64,000 nt of DNA from Candidatus Bathyarchaeota archaeon (GCA_963827165.1 CAWGZR010000005.1:608001-672000); one strand, 5' to 3'; shown: positions 31,001 through 41,950, counted from the first letter of the stretch. Program-made: numbers and translations. Notes: generated by a model from the letters alone, not told the origin.

Positions 31001-32862
31001 CCATATGTCCATAAGCAGACTAGCTTCGACAGAAATCCGCCTAAAGAAACTCAAATTCCACTAAAAACAAGCTTTCACAAAAAAAAAAACTCGATTTATA
31101 CGCCATTAAAAATAAACATCAAACCAACAACAAAATCATCTTTATATAACAAGAAAACTCATCGAACAGCACCCCTAAATAACCCGATCCTAAAGCATTT
31201 TATACGGCGACTAAACAGATATTTTAGCCCACTCTTTCTCCAAAGCACACAAAAAACCATTGAAGTCTTCAGACAAACATCTCTTAAAACTAAGCCTACG
31301 TCTAAAGCTCCTGATCTCCCCAAAACATCGACGAAAATCCATATACTCAACAAATCGTAGCTTAACAAGCATTTGAACCTCAGAAACAGAATCATCAAGC
31401 AACGCAACATAAGCGCCATAACGAACAATATAGCCTTGGCAACTAGCTCTTCCAGTAGTTTTCCGATGAGCAATCTTTAGCTTACGATTAAAACGCTCCA
31501 AATCATTATTGGTTCGGGGAATCTCCCGATGGTCATAGTGATGAAACAGCCCCTCCCAATAACTAGCAGCAAACCTGAGAATATTACAAATAGCCATCCT
31601 TTCCTCTCGCCTCTTAAAATGCAGCTTCGTTAACTTCTCAAAGAACAGCAACATATCCGCTTCCACTTTCTCTGAATTGGCATCTTGTTTAAGTATGGCG
31701 TTAGCCTCAAAAATCAGCGTATACAACCGCTTAATTCGCCCATATTGCAGCTTGAGCGCATCAACAATCGAGAGTTTTCTTAGAAGCTTTTCAAGATCTG
31801 GGTTTGGATGAACTTTGTTGTCAAGTTCTAGTGAATGCTGAATCCTCTTAAGCCTGCGATAAAGCTTCAAACCGCCAGGTTCAAGCGGGTAGCATCCGTC
31901 ATCCTGCAACGCAAACCTGATGGCTCTGCAGTATTGAAAAATTAGCTGGTTTGTGTTGTCACTTTGGCAAGCTGCCTGTTTCTCAATTGATTTTATGCCT
32001 CTGACTTTCTTTTTAAGATCAACCTTTAACGCTCGATCCATCTCTGAGATGGGTCTAGCAATGTTGCGTAAGAAGTGGAAGTGGCAGAGTTGATGCGGTA
32101 CGCCTGGAAATTCTTGTGCAACTGCTAAGCGGATGCTTCTTTGGCCATCACTAATGACGCCTTTTACTGGAATTTCTAAGGCTTTGATTTCCCTTAGCAA
32201 AGTAGCGATGCTGTCCCTGTCGGCTGACTTTAGGTTTCTGGCTAGAAGTGTTTCTCCTGTCAGGGTATCTTTTAGTATCCAGAGGGTTTCGTTGCCTTTC
32301 TCTGGTTGAACACCGTCAAGTGCGAGTGTTATGCCGCCGTTGGTTCGGATCTTGTCTAGGTAGGTTGTGTCTTGTTGCCTGTTTGCTGTTGTCAATGCTA
32401 GATATGCTTGGCAGAGTAGGTTGATTTCTGAGCGGCAAATGTGAAGTTTCTTTAGGGTTTGTCTAATTTCGTCGATTGTCTGGTGCTGTTTAAAATGTAG
32501 GAATCCCACTTTGACTATAACGTCTATGCTGAACTGGTAGAATTTGAGACTTAGCATTTCTGCTTCTGTTGAGCGGTAGATTTCTTGTGGTTTTGGGCAT
32601 GTTTTGTTTGTGCAGTGGTAGGCATAGCTGGTTGCTTTGAGTGTGCCTTTGAGTGTGAAGATGTATTTTTGCCATGAGATGTGGCTTCTTTTAAGTGGTT
32701 GGTGGCAGTTTGGGCACAGCTTTATCTCTGGGCTAAAATATACTGTTTTTGCCCTGCTGTAGTCTTTTGCTGTCTTCACAATAGCTTAAGGCTGCAGTCG
32801 GGCATAAAAAACTAAAGAAGCTTTCTTGCTCAGCAATCTGTATGTTGGTTATGGACTCATGG
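31001..32862. mobile_element. insertion sequence, 1862 bp, with imperfect TIRs and an 8-bp A8 target duplication
   Basis: Left end CCATATGTCCATAAGCA (31001); right end reverse complement CCATGAGTCCATAACCA (to 32862); A8 at 30993-31000 and 32863-32870. Confidence 0.85.
31211..32779 (-). CDS. DDE transposase (IS256/MULE-like motifs; exact family uncertain)
   Basis: LALDG, VISDG, HQLCHFHFLRN, PRTNNDLERFNR. Confidence 0.9.
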   Translation of the reverse strand: MKTAKDYSRAKTVYFSPEIKLCPNCHQPLKRSHISWQKYIFTLKGTLKATSYAYHCTNKTCPKPQEIYRSTEAEMLSLKFYQFSIDVIVKVGFLHFKQHQTIDEIRQTLKKLHICRSEINLLCQAYLALTTANRQQDTTYLDKIRTNGGITLALDGVQPEKGNETLWILKDTLTGETLLARNLKSADRDSIATLLREIKALEIPVKGVISDGQRSIRLAVAQEFPGVPHQLCHFHFLRNIARPISEMDRALKVDLKKKVRGIKSIEKQAACQSDNTNQLIFQYCRAIRFALQDDGCYPLEPGGLKLYRRLKRIQHSLELDNKVHPNPDLEKLLRKLSIVDALKLQYGRIKRLYTLIFEANAILKQDANSEKVEADMLLFFEKLTKLHFKRREERMAICNILRFAASYWEGLFHHYDHREIPRTNNDLERFNRKLKIAHRKTTGRASCQGYIVRYGAYVALLDDSVSEVQMLVKLRFVEYMDFRRCFGEIRSFRRRLSFKRCLSEDFNGFLCALEKEWAKISV

Positions 32863-32902
32863 AAAAAAAAAGAAGGTGGGAAGTTGCATAACTCTTGGTA
32901 TC

Positions 32903-33511
32903 TTATGTCCCTTGGTAAGTTTCGTATAACGCCACGAATTCAACAATGTCATTGAAATTTATGGTGCCTTGGTTAAGAAGGTCGCAGGCAGCGTTAAGGG
33001 TGGGAACGGTGGCATGGTCTGCAATGTAGGCCTGAGCGAAGTAGATTACGTCATTGAAGTTGACATGGCCGTCACCGGTGAAATCTAAATTGTATACTGT
33101 TAATGTGACAGTGTTGCTGGTGGCCGCGTTGTTGTTGCCGTCTGCAGTGTAAGTTGCCGTTATTGACACAGTGGTTGTACTGGTATCAGTATCGGTGTAG
33201 GTTACTGTTGAGGTGGCTGTGGTGGAGGTTGAGGTCGTCGTGGGGGTGCCAAGGACACTGCTTGTGCTGGTTGTATGCCACACGATTGATGTTGCCACTG
33301 GGCTTGAGCCGCCACTTAACGTCGCGGTCAAAGTAATTGGGCTATTGGCACAAAGGGTAGTAAGTGACGCGGTGACGGTTATCGTTGGACTTGCAATCGC
33401 TTTGACAGTAATGGCCGTTCCAAGAGTCGCCGCCAGACTAAGTATTAGGGCAGAGACGAGTATGACTGAAACAATTTTTTGATTCACTGAAATCTCCATC
33501 TTCACCTTCAC
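32903..33511 (-). CDS. small secreted Ig-like + dockerin-like protein
   Basis: Signal peptide, one Big-like domain, LDFTGDGHVNFND...ACDLLNQGTINFND. Confidence 0.85.
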   Translation of the reverse strand: MKVKMEISVNQKIVSVILVSALILSLAATLGTAITVKAIASPTITVTASLTTLCANSPITLTATLSGGSSPVATSIVWHTTSTSSVLGTPTTTSTSTTATSTVTYTDTDTSTTTVSITATYTADGNNNAATSNTVTLTVYNLDFTGDGHVNFNDVIYFAQAYIADHATVPTLNAACDLLNQGTINFNDIVEFVALYETYQGT

Positions 33512-33520
33512 GCTCTGTAT

Positions 33521-33583
33521 TATATAACGCTAATCCATATAGAACATGTGAAGAACGTTAGCATTTAGTTCAGCTATTTAGAA
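33521..33583 (-). promoter_or_regulatory. bipartite palindromic element plus TATA (minus strand)
   Basis: Reverse complement reads ttCTAAATAGct (from 33583), GTTCTATATGGATT (from 33545), TTATATA (33527-33521). Confidence 0.7.
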
Positions 33584-33898
33584 ACAGCCTAAACTCTATG
33601 CCCTATGAGTTGACCAAAATTCGCAGGGTTATTAGTTAAATTTCGGGATATCCGGTTAGGGCGTTCTGGTTGGAAAACTTGGGTCTATTTCTGGCGAGGC
33701 ATACTTAGACAAATTTGACGGTGAGCTTTGCCTTGAATCTGTAAATTTTGTGCCCTGTCCGATGGTTATTTTTTTTATTTTCAATTGAATTCTACATATA
33801 TTTCCAAGTTAGCCTTAGGTAAGTATGGTGACTTTAGAGTCGTATATAGTATATGAAGAAATGAGTTTTATGCTAACTTTTATATCATACTAAGAACT

Positions 33899-35575
33899 AT
33901 GGCTAAATTGCTCTCCAAAGCGATCACAGCACTGATCATAATCCCACTCTTACTGTCCATATGCACGCTGGATACACAACAATTCCCAACCGCCCACGCA
34001 TCCACACCCACATTATACATCACTAACATCCGAACTGTCAATAGCGATAATCAAAACTGCTTCTATTTCTGCAGAGGGGCAAACATTGCTGTATTCGACG
34101 TCTCCGTCCAAAACAACATAACATCGGTCGCTTCCGGACAACTGATTATAACTATGACTGATGTGGGTCGTGTACCCGTAGAATCCTTTGAGTCCAACGT
34201 CTTTTCAGTAAATGCGGGACAAAACGAAACTATCCAGGTCGCTAGCAGTATTATCCCAACCTATGCTTTTGTGGGAATAGCGAGTGCCCAAGTGATACTT
34301 GAAAACCCATCAACAGGACCCATAGGTTTCGGAAACATAAATTACTATATTGGATACACAATTCCCCCCAGCTATGAGTTTTCCGGCATTACCCTTAGCC
34401 CTTCTTACGCCTCCGTTATAGCTGGAAACTCTGTAAACTTTACCGCAATTGCCCATGACAATCTTGGCAACTATTTAGACATCAGTCTTGGATCAAATTG
34501 GAATATTAACTCTCGAGCCGAGGGTTCCTGGTTAGAAAACACCTATTCCGCGGCAAGAGCCGGTATTTGGAACGTCACGGCTTCATTGGGAAGTTATTCT
34601 GCCGCCGCGATGATTAGCGTCGCCCATGGCGCAACCGCTGCAATAGTTTTGTCTCCGCAAAAAACATCAGTCACTGCTGGGCAGAGTCAAACTTTCAGTG
34701 CCACCGCAAACGACGCATACGGAAATAGTTGGGACGTCACGGCTTCAGCAGTTTTCAGCATCAATTCTTTAGCTTCCGGCTCATGGGCGGGCAATGTCTA
34801 CACATCTGCGAAAGCTGGAACTTGGACAGTAACGGGCGGGCTTGGGAGCTTGATTGGCCAAGCATCTTTCACAGTTGTGCACGGTCCTATCAATAGCTTG
34901 GCTATTTCCCCGCAATCAGCAAATTTAACAGCTGGGTCATCGTTAGTCTTCATCGGTACCGCCTTTGATTCCTACGAAAACAGCTGGGACGTTACCGCCT
35001 CCACAGTTTTTAGCACAAGCAGTGACGCCGGAGGTTCCTGGTCGGGCAACACTTATACGGCTGCAACAGCTGGAGTTTGGGTTGTTTCGGGTTCTTTTTC
35101 AGGTTTTACCAAGACTGCTTCTTTAACGGTTAGCCATGGTTCGCCAATAACGATCTCCGTAGCTATGCCATCTGATGTTAACAGTGGTTGTTCATTTACT
35201 TTTTCGTCAACCGCCTATGATGCTTACAATAACGGTTGGAACGTCACTTCTTTGACAAGTTGGAGCATAAGCAGCGGCGCTGGCGGTTCATGGTCAGGAA
35301 ATACTTACACTTCAGCTAACCTTGGAAACTGGGTGATCACAGCGAATTACCTGAACATAAAAGACAATGCTGACTTAGGGGTGTACTACCCCATCGACTT
35401 CTACTTCGCTGGCACCGTTAATTTTTTGGATATAATTTACTTTATTGGTGCGTACACTAATTTTTATGAAAACGGCATCTTTAACCCTGCATGCGATTTA
35501 AACCACGACGGCTCCCTAAACTACATGGATCTGAATTTGCTTGTAGCATATTACACCGCCTACTCCCAGGGATGA
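33899..35575 (+). CDS. secreted protein: IPxWA-type domain + 4 Ig-like repeats + dockerin-like
   Basis: IIPTYAFVGIA; four ~85-aa 'TATAxDxYGNxWDV..GGSWSGNxYT' repeats; DFYFAGTVNFLD...NPACDLNHDG. Confidence 0.88.
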   Translation: MAKLLSKAITALIIIPLLLSICTLDTQQFPTAHASTPTLYITNIRTVNSDNQNCFYFCRGANIAVFDVSVQNNITSVASGQLIITMTDVGRVPVESFESNVFSVNAGQNETIQVASSIIPTYAFVGIASAQVILENPSTGPIGFGNINYYIGYTIPPSYEFSGITLSPSYASVIAGNSVNFTAIAHDNLGNYLDISLGSNWNINSRAEGSWLENTYSAARAGIWNVTASLGSYSAAAMISVAHGATAAIVLSPQKTSVTAGQSQTFSATANDAYGNSWDVTASAVFSINSLASGSWAGNVYTSAKAGTWTVTGGLGSLIGQASFTVVHGPINSLAISPQSANLTAGSSLVFIGTAFDSYENSWDVTASTVFSTSSDAGGSWSGNTYTAATAGVWVVSGSFSGFTKTASLTVSHGSPITISVAMPSDVNSGCSFTFSSTAYDAYNNGWNVTSLTSWSISSGAGGSWSGNTYTSANLGNWVITANYLNIKDNADLGVYYPIDFYFAGTVNFLDIIYFIGAYTNFYENGIFNPACDLNHDGSLNYMDLNLLVAYYTAYSQG

Positions 35576-35698
35576 TGCCGGAATTCCACGAATAAATAGT
35601 TGAGTTAAAGAAGAAAGTGCAGGATCAATGGATTTCTTGCTATTTATGTAGCTTATCTGTCATCGACGGGAATTATCTGATGAAAGTGTCTTGTGACA

Positions 35699-35760
35699 TG
35701 CTAAATAGTTCTTGTGAAAACTATATTTCTCCCATGTTCTATGTTGAAAAACATCATATA
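35699..35760 (+). promoter_or_regulatory. bipartite palindromic element plus TATA
   Basis: tgCTAAATAGtt at 35699, GTTCTATGTTGAAA at 35736, TCATATA at 35754. Confidence 0.7.
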
Positions 35761-35781
35761 CCTCTTTTAGCATGATTTAAA

Positions 35782-36873
35782 TTGGGGAAAGGCTTGACCA
35801 GAAAAATAGTCGTTATTCTCCTTTCAATATTACTTTTAATAAGTATATTTTCTCTGATATTAATTGGGAATTTTAACGTGGCTAAAGCCGATAATCAAGG
35901 CACCCTTTCAACCGAGGGTACTGCTGCTGGATCTGTCCCTGGCGTAGCAATTGTTAACGTTGCGTCAGCGCAGACCTTCGTTGAAGAAGGATTTTCGGCT
36001 GACATAACTGCGACTGTCGACAACACGGGATCTTCAGCATCTATTTTTTATGTTACGTTTCTCGGCAACGGAGTTCCTCTTGATACTCAGCCTGTCGCAC
36101 TCGGTGGCGAAAGTTCAACTGCGCTTTCTTATGTGTGGAACACCACGGGTTTTGCCCTTGGGAACTTCACTTTAAGCGCTTACGCTTGGTCTAATCCAGC
36201 GGAAACCAGCTTAGTTAGCGCCAACAGTGTCAACGCCAACATTTTGGTGACTTGCCCTGATGATTTGACTGGTCAATCCACGGTGAATTTTTTGGACATA
36301 ACTGCCTTCGTCGCAGCTTATATTAACTATTATCAAACTGGGCAATGCAATCCCGCTACTGATTTTAATCATGATGGACGCGTAGATTTCAGCGACCTTG
36401 TCCTTTTCGTCGCCAATTACCAAGCCTACTTTGTGGGTCCAACTCCGTTTGTGACTAACGGTGGTTTGACGCTTACTTTGGCAATTAAGCAGACTACTTA
36501 CAGTTTGGGGGAGCCGGTTAATTTTACGCTCAGCATTAACAACGTGAGCAAAAGCACAATAACGTTTACGCGCACCGCATCCACCTTTGACTACATGGTA
36601 TACAACAGCACAGGCATCGTGTACCGATATTCGATCGGGATTGCATTTCCTATGTGGGCACAGATTTATACTCTGGCGCCTGGAGAAAGTTTAACGGAAA
36701 ATTTTAGTTGGGATCAAGTATGCAATCTATTTTTCAGTCCAGCCGCCGGCAGCCTAGGGCCTTCTAATCCAGTGGCCTTCCCTCCAGTTTTTCCAGCATC
36801 ACCCGGAACCTACTACATACTTGGGGAAGCACTTGGAATGCAAACGATTCCACAGCAAATAACCATAACTTGA
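35782..36873 (+). CDS. secreted CARDB-like + internal dockerin-like + BsuPI-like domain protein
   Basis: WNTTGFALGNFTL; DFNHDGRVDFSD; YSLGEPVNFTLSINN..FDYMV..TLAPGES..WDQ. Confidence 0.8.
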   Translation: MGKGLTRKIVVILLSILLLISIFSLILIGNFNVAKADNQGTLSTEGTAAGSVPGVAIVNVASAQTFVEEGFSADITATVDNTGSSASIFYVTFLGNGVPLDTQPVALGGESSTALSYVWNTTGFALGNFTLSAYAWSNPAETSLVSANSVNANILVTCPDDLTGQSTVNFLDITAFVAAYINYYQTGQCNPATDFNHDGRVDFSDLVLFVANYQAYFVGPTPFVTNGGLTLTLAIKQTTYSLGEPVNFTLSINNVSKSTITFTRTASTFDYMVYNSTGIVYRYSIGIAFPMWAQIYTLAPGESLTENFSWDQVCNLFFSPAAGSLGPSNPVAFPPVFPASPGTYYILGEALGMQTIPQQITIT

Positions 36874-37067
36874 AAGTTTTTTGCTGCCTTTTTTTATAAA
36901 GCTTAAAGTTTGCGAGTTAAGTTTTACCTGTTTCCGTTTCTTCGCGTTTTTTCCATCTTTCTACCTTAGCAGCCGATGCGTTGCGAGTTTGAGACCGAAG
37001 CGTTAAAAAAAGGGCGGATTTGCGTCGGGATTAACTAATGGTTAAAATTTTGAAAGAAAAATATGAT

Positions 37068-37655
37068 TTAACTTAATAGTTGGCTTACGAACTCCGAGGC
37101 TTGCGTCTTGATATTTTGGCTTGTGTTTATTTCGAGCGTTTCTTTGATTACTAAGCTGCTGCCGGTTGGCAGTGGCGCTATTTGATCGTTTGGCGTATTA
37201 GAGTTACCGACTCCGAAAACTCCTAGTTGTGTTAATGTTAAGTTATATTGGTTTAAGCTTACTAAGTATGATTGCACTGATTTTGAGGCTTGCCCGCTTT
37301 CTATGGGGCCTCCGACAACTACAACTTGATATTGAGCGGCGTTTCCCATTGCGGTTTTGCTATCGATGCCGGCTAAGAAAACAAAGTATCCTTTTGCTTG
37401 AAGGTCGCTGGCTATTTGTTTAGCGGCGTTCTCCACTGCTCCCGTTGAACCTGGGTCGAAAACTAATAGTGCGTTGCCCGGTGCTACACCAACAGGATAG
37501 CTGGTGGGAGTAAACGTTTTAGTGCTTGTAGCTGCGGAAGCTTTTGAATCGAGGAATAAAAAGCTCACAATTGCTATGGAAATAATAACTATTAATAGCG
37601 CAGCGATAATTATTTTGGATGACTTTTTCAGTTTCCTTTTTGCCTTCTGCACCAA
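37068..37655 (-). CDS. membrane-tethered flavodoxin-like protein
   Basis: N-terminal TM helix; LLVFDPGSTGAVENAAKQIASDL and VVVVGGPI. Confidence 0.7.
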   Translation of the reverse strand: MVQKAKRKLKKSSKIIIAALLIVIISIAIVSFLFLDSKASAATSTKTFTPTSYPVGVAPGNALLVFDPGSTGAVENAAKQIASDLQAKGYFVFLAGIDSKTAMGNAAQYQVVVVGGPIESGQASKSVQSYLVSLNQYNLTLTQLGVFGVGNSNTPNDQIAPLPTGSSLVIKETLEINTSQNIKTQASEFVSQLLS

Positions 37656-37698
37656 TGTAAAGCCTCGTATTTTTCCTTTCAGTTTTGCTTATTACTTT

Positions 37699-37730
37699 TT
37701 CCTGCATAGATGATTTGTTCTATATAGAAA
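37699..37730. promoter_or_regulatory. palindrome TTCTATATAGAA plus a degenerate neighbour
   Basis: GTTCTATATAGAAA at 37717-37730, upstream of the flavodoxin-like gene. Confidence 0.6.
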
Positions 37731-37775
37731 CTCTTCTTCCTCATTTTTGGGCATTATTTGTTGACTTATAATCCT

Positions 37776-39441
37776 TTAATCTTCTTTGGTGTGCTCAGCT
37801 ATTCTTATGTCTTCTTCCTGCGTGCGTTCTTGTGTTCGAATTTTGAATTGCTGTTCTTTGACACTTTTATCTCCTATGTTTTGTTGTTTTGATTGAATAT
37901 TTTGTGTGTCATTAGCGGGTAAGGGTTGGGTGCTTATTGTTGCGTTCAGTGTTGTGTTGCCGTTGTTTGCATCTATTGGTCGAGAGTCGCTTACTCCTTT
38001 AACCTCTGCAGTTTGGGTGTTCATCGCGGCTAAAGCTTGTCTTATTGAGTCAAAATAGTTTCTGACTGCTCGTTCTTGTTCCTCAAGTATTTGGTTAAGA
38101 CCCAATATCTGTTGGTTGAGTTGTTCCCTTTCAGCTTTAAGTGATGTTTCTAAAGCTTGGACTTTCTTTCCAGTCTCAGAGATTCTGCTAAGGTAAGTAG
38201 GTATATCCTGACTTGATTCGGGAAGCATGGAAGGTTTTGAGACCTGTTTGTTTTGTGTGTCTGTGTCGGAAGGGTCTTGGCTTGACCAAGTTTCGAATAT
38301 GGCTGGCATTTGCGTTGTCGTAGTTGCTTGAACCATATTCGGGGCTCCGCCGATTTTTGCCGCTATTTGTTGTGGCTCTTGAGTTGTGGGTTTTGGCTGT
38401 ATTGGATCAGACGGTGGCGTTGCGGTGGGATAAGGGTTTATTGTTGGCATGTTTGGCATTTGAGGTCCGAGAGGTCCCATTTGTGTTGGTTTTCTTCTTA
38501 GGAACATGTAAAGCATTGTGAAGGTGAAAAGGCCTGTCGCGACCAGGAGCCATGAGAAGAGGCTGACACTATTTTGAAGGACTGTAGGCGGCGGGGTTGG
38601 TGTAGGTGATGTTGGTGCAGGTGTAGGCGTTGTCGTGCCGTTGTTGATTACGGTAAAGTAGGCTGTTTGGTTTTCGCCAGCTGGTATGTCTGTTCCGTTG
38701 TAGGCTCCATTGTATAGCGCTAAGTTGATTGCTGCTTGGCCTGCAGGTGCGTTTTCAGGTATTTGAAGGGTGGCTTGTATCTGAGTTTGATTTAGGCTTG
38801 GGATTTGGCTGTTTAGAATCTCTGTTTGATTAATAATTTGGTCTGAATCCTGAATGTTGAGCGTGACGTTTGCCATTTGGGATTGCCCAAGATTATTGAT
38901 TGTTGCATCAACCGCCACATTGTCGCCCGGAGAAAAGATGGTTTGGTTTTGGCCTTGGGAATTCAACAAGTTTATGGATGTTGCTTTCTAGACCCCATTG
39001 TGTTATGAAGCTTGAGGTTTGTGTTTTTGCCCCGTTTACGGTTGCGGTCACGTTCCACGTTCCGATTAATGAATCTTCGTTGTTGGCCTGGATTGGCAGG
39101 CGGAAGGAAAATGTAGCTTCGCCGTTTGCTTTTGTCGTTTCTGTTCTTGCAATGTTTATTGGGTTACTTGATGGACCAACTATTTCAAAAGAAACCAGTA
39201 CGTCGGGTTGTGACGCGTTATTATAAGTGACTTTTGCGAGGAGTTGTACTTGGTCAAAAGGCTGAAAAACACCGGCTGTTGTGTTTTGATCGTTTAGTAC
39301 TTGTAACTTTAGTGCCCATGGAGTACTAGTCGTTTGAGCCTTTATCATTTGGGCTGTTAGTGGGAAGGATAGGGCTAAAAGTAAAATAGGCATTACGTAA
39401 ATCAGCAATTTTAACGTTTTTTTGGTTTTTTGATGTGCCAT
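37776..39441 (-). CDS. single-pass membrane protein: extracellular di-domain, TM helix, Pro/Gln-rich linker and cytoplasmic coiled coil (one frameshift near 38970)
   Basis: ORFs 38908..39441 and 37776..38969 join; SFRLP..GTWNV, LQIPENAPAGQA, TM LFSWLLVATGLFTF, heptad-like segment. Confidence 0.75.
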
Positions 39442-39460
39442 TTGTTTTCCCCTCTTGGTT

Positions 39461-40837
39461 TTAGCTTCCTTTCATTCTCTTATTAAGGTAGTTTCTTAGC
39501 AGCAGCGCTCCGATACATAACACAAGGTACATTGTAATGAGAACTAATGCCACTGCAAAAGCAAAACACCATGAATAGAAATTGGCGTCTGTGAGGTTGC
39601 CCTTGCCAAGGTTGCCTATTATGGTTAAAGCTCCCGGTGATTCGTCAATTAAAACGGTTAACGACGGAAGTGGCTGATGGAGACTAAATATGTGCCACCA
39701 TGGGGTGGGAAAACCGAAAACGCCTGAACCTGTGTAGGTCCACAGCAAAATTAAAGTTTCTCCAAGCGCAACTCCGATTCCGAGCAAGATTCCGGTTATA
39801 ATGCCGGGCATTGCAGCGTAGAGTGTCACTAGTCGAGCCGTCTGCCACTGTGAAGCGCCAAGGGCAAATGATGCTTCTCTGTAAGATCTAGGCACAGACT
39901 TCATCGCTTCTTCTGCTACTCGAATGTTCCATGGGAGAGCCATAAAGGACAACGAGATTGCCGCACCCCATAGGCTGTAACCCCATTTTAACGTTACCGT
40001 GAAAATCGTAAATCCGATAATTGCAACGACCACGGAGGGTGACCCTGCCAGGGTTTCTATGAAGAAGCGAATAGTGCTTACAATTCTATTTTGAGTTGAG
40101 TATTCTGCAAGATAAATCGCTGCTCCAATGCCGATTGGCACAGCCACGAATTCACAGAAAGTCACAAGCAATAACGACCCGAGAGCGTAACCTAGCACTC
40201 CTCCAGTCGAACCGATCGGCGGATGTAGCCCCCCGGTTATTTCGTTGATCCCGTGATAATTAAGATTCATCGAAGTGAAAAGTTGCACTGATAAGAAAGG
40301 CGAAGCCATCAATATCACGAAAATTACCATAGCTATGACGACCCCTATGCTAAAAATTACTGAAAGTCTCAAACCCAGTTTCACCGCGTTTTCCATCACT
40401 ACCGGTGAATCTTTAGTCTGATGCTCCATTCTTCGTCTTTTTAAAATTTCCAGTGTTGCAGCTACGCCGCTTAAAAATGCGATTGAAAGCGCGATGTACA
40501 TAGTCGCTGAATCTGCAAAGGCTATCAATAATGCAATGCCACAAGTTGAAATCGATAATTTCCAGCCTAATGAATGTCCTTCCCAAAGTAGATATGCTGC
40601 GGAAAACAGAATAAGGGATGGGAGTATAATGAGCAGTGACATCAAGCCAAAAGACCAGTACTCATTGATCGTGAGTATGGAAAAGGCTAAACTATCCATG
40701 CCATCCACAAAATTGTTAACGCCCAAAATCAGAATAATAACTCCAGAAAATAGAAGAAGGCTTCCTGTTAACAGGTTTTCTTTTTTCTTTTTCTTGAAAA
40801 AGTTGAACGTTTTCGTTAACACCAGGCTGAAATTCAT
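39461..40837 (-). CDS. pstA: phosphate ABC transporter permease PstA with an extra N-terminal TM region
   Basis: GIGAAIYLAEY, IETLAGSPSVV, EEAMKSVP..REASFALGA, ALGET. Confidence 0.9.
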   Translation of the reverse strand: MNFSLVLTKTFNFFKKKKKENLLTGSLLLFSGVIILILGVNNFVDGMDSLAFSILTINEYWSFGLMSLLIILPSLILFSAAYLLWEGHSLGWKLSISTCGIALLIAFADSATMYIALSIAFLSGVAATLEILKRRRMEHQTKDSPVVMENAVKLGLRLSVIFSIGVVIAMVIFVILMASPFLSVQLFTSMNLNYHGINEITGGLHPPIGSTGGVLGYALGSLLLVTFCEFVAVPIGIGAAIYLAEYSTQNRIVSTIRFFIETLAGSPSVVVAIIGFTIFTVTLKWGYSLWGAAISLSFMALPWNIRVAEEAMKSVPRSYREASFALGASQWQTARLVTLYAAMPGIITGILLGIGVALGETLILLWTYTGSGVFGFPTPWWHIFSLHQPLPSLTVLIDESPGALTIIGNLGKGNLTDANFYSWCFAFAVALVLITMYLVLCIGALLLRNYLNKRMKGS

Positions 40838-40844
40838 TCCCTTT

Positions 40845-41775
40845 TTACGCCCCCAGTGTTTTACTCCGCCTAGCTAAGACTGTTCTTGCCGCAATGTTAA
40901 CTAAGCCTATAAGCACAAATAAGAAAAAGCCAACGGCATAAACCCCAGCTCCAGGACTGCTGGTAGAATCTTGCGCGCCGACGTAAACATTTTGCATGAG
41001 GATAGACAAAGTTTGACTTTGAATAAACGGGTTGAAAATCGTTAAGGGGCTGTTAAACAATGCGGAAGAAACTGTTCCTCCAAGTACCCACTGGATGGCT
41101 ACCATTTCGCCCATGGCTGCGGCAAGAGCCAATAAAAACGATGTCAGAATCCTCGGCATGGCACTTGGAACCAAAACTTCCTTAACAGTTTGCCATTTGG
41201 TTGCGCCAATTCCAAGTGATGCTTCTCTTAAATCGTTGGGAACTGCTCTTAAGGCATCTTCTGAAATCGTGGCTATTACAGGAAAGGACATTATGAGAAG
41301 AATTAACCAGGCATAAAAATCACAGCCAAGTCCTTGCAATTTTAGTTGAGTGTGCAAGAAACTGCTGAATGAGTATCTGGCATCGGGCGTGGCCAGAAGT
41401 TGCCAACCTATTAGCCCGATAACTATTGAAGGAAATCCATCTAAGACTTCGAGGGAGGTTTTTGTAAAGTTTCTTAGTCTCATATCCGCAAATTCCGCCA
41501 TGTAAATTGCGCATGGAAAGCCCACAAGAACCGCCAATGCTGCAGCACTGCCAGCGATATACAATGTTCCTTCTGCGGCACCAGAAAGTACAGCTGCCCG
41601 CTACCAACAAAGGGGTCATAAAAGCGTAAACACCATGTAATAATAAGTTGATTATCTCAGGGTATCCCATAAATAGCAAGTAGCCGATGATGGACAAAAC
41701 TACAATTATTGAAAAAGCCGCGCAAAGGAACAGGATTGTCTTGATTAGCCCTTCCTTAAACGATTTATTGGCCAT
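40845..41775 (-). CDS. pstC: phosphate ABC transporter permease PstC (frameshift near 41570-41610)
   Basis: MANKSF at 41775; AIYMAEF, LEVLDGFPSIV, SEDALRAVP..LREASLGIGATKWQ, AMGE. Confidence 0.88.
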
Positions 41776-41838
41776 CTGTTCCCCCCTTTTGCTTCTATGA
41801 ATTATGTGGAAAAGGCTGGAAGCAGGCAAGATAACGCT

Positions 41839-41950
41839 TTTCTATTTATAATGTATAGTCTAATTAGAAATCGCGTGTAACAAGTAATCGCTTCGTTCTT
41901 CACTATAGCCTAAATTGTCTCCCATAAACTACGTCGGTAAGCTAGATATC
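41839..41950. promoter_or_regulatory. divergent pstC/pstS promoter with TCTA-N2-TAGA-like sites
   Basis: Perfect TCTAATTAGA at 41859-41868; degenerate copies at 41839, 41907 and 41926. Confidence 0.55.

Noticed and set aside
30962-31473. ORFs overlapping the IS left end
   Set aside because: They cross the TIR or overlap the transposase, with no motifs.
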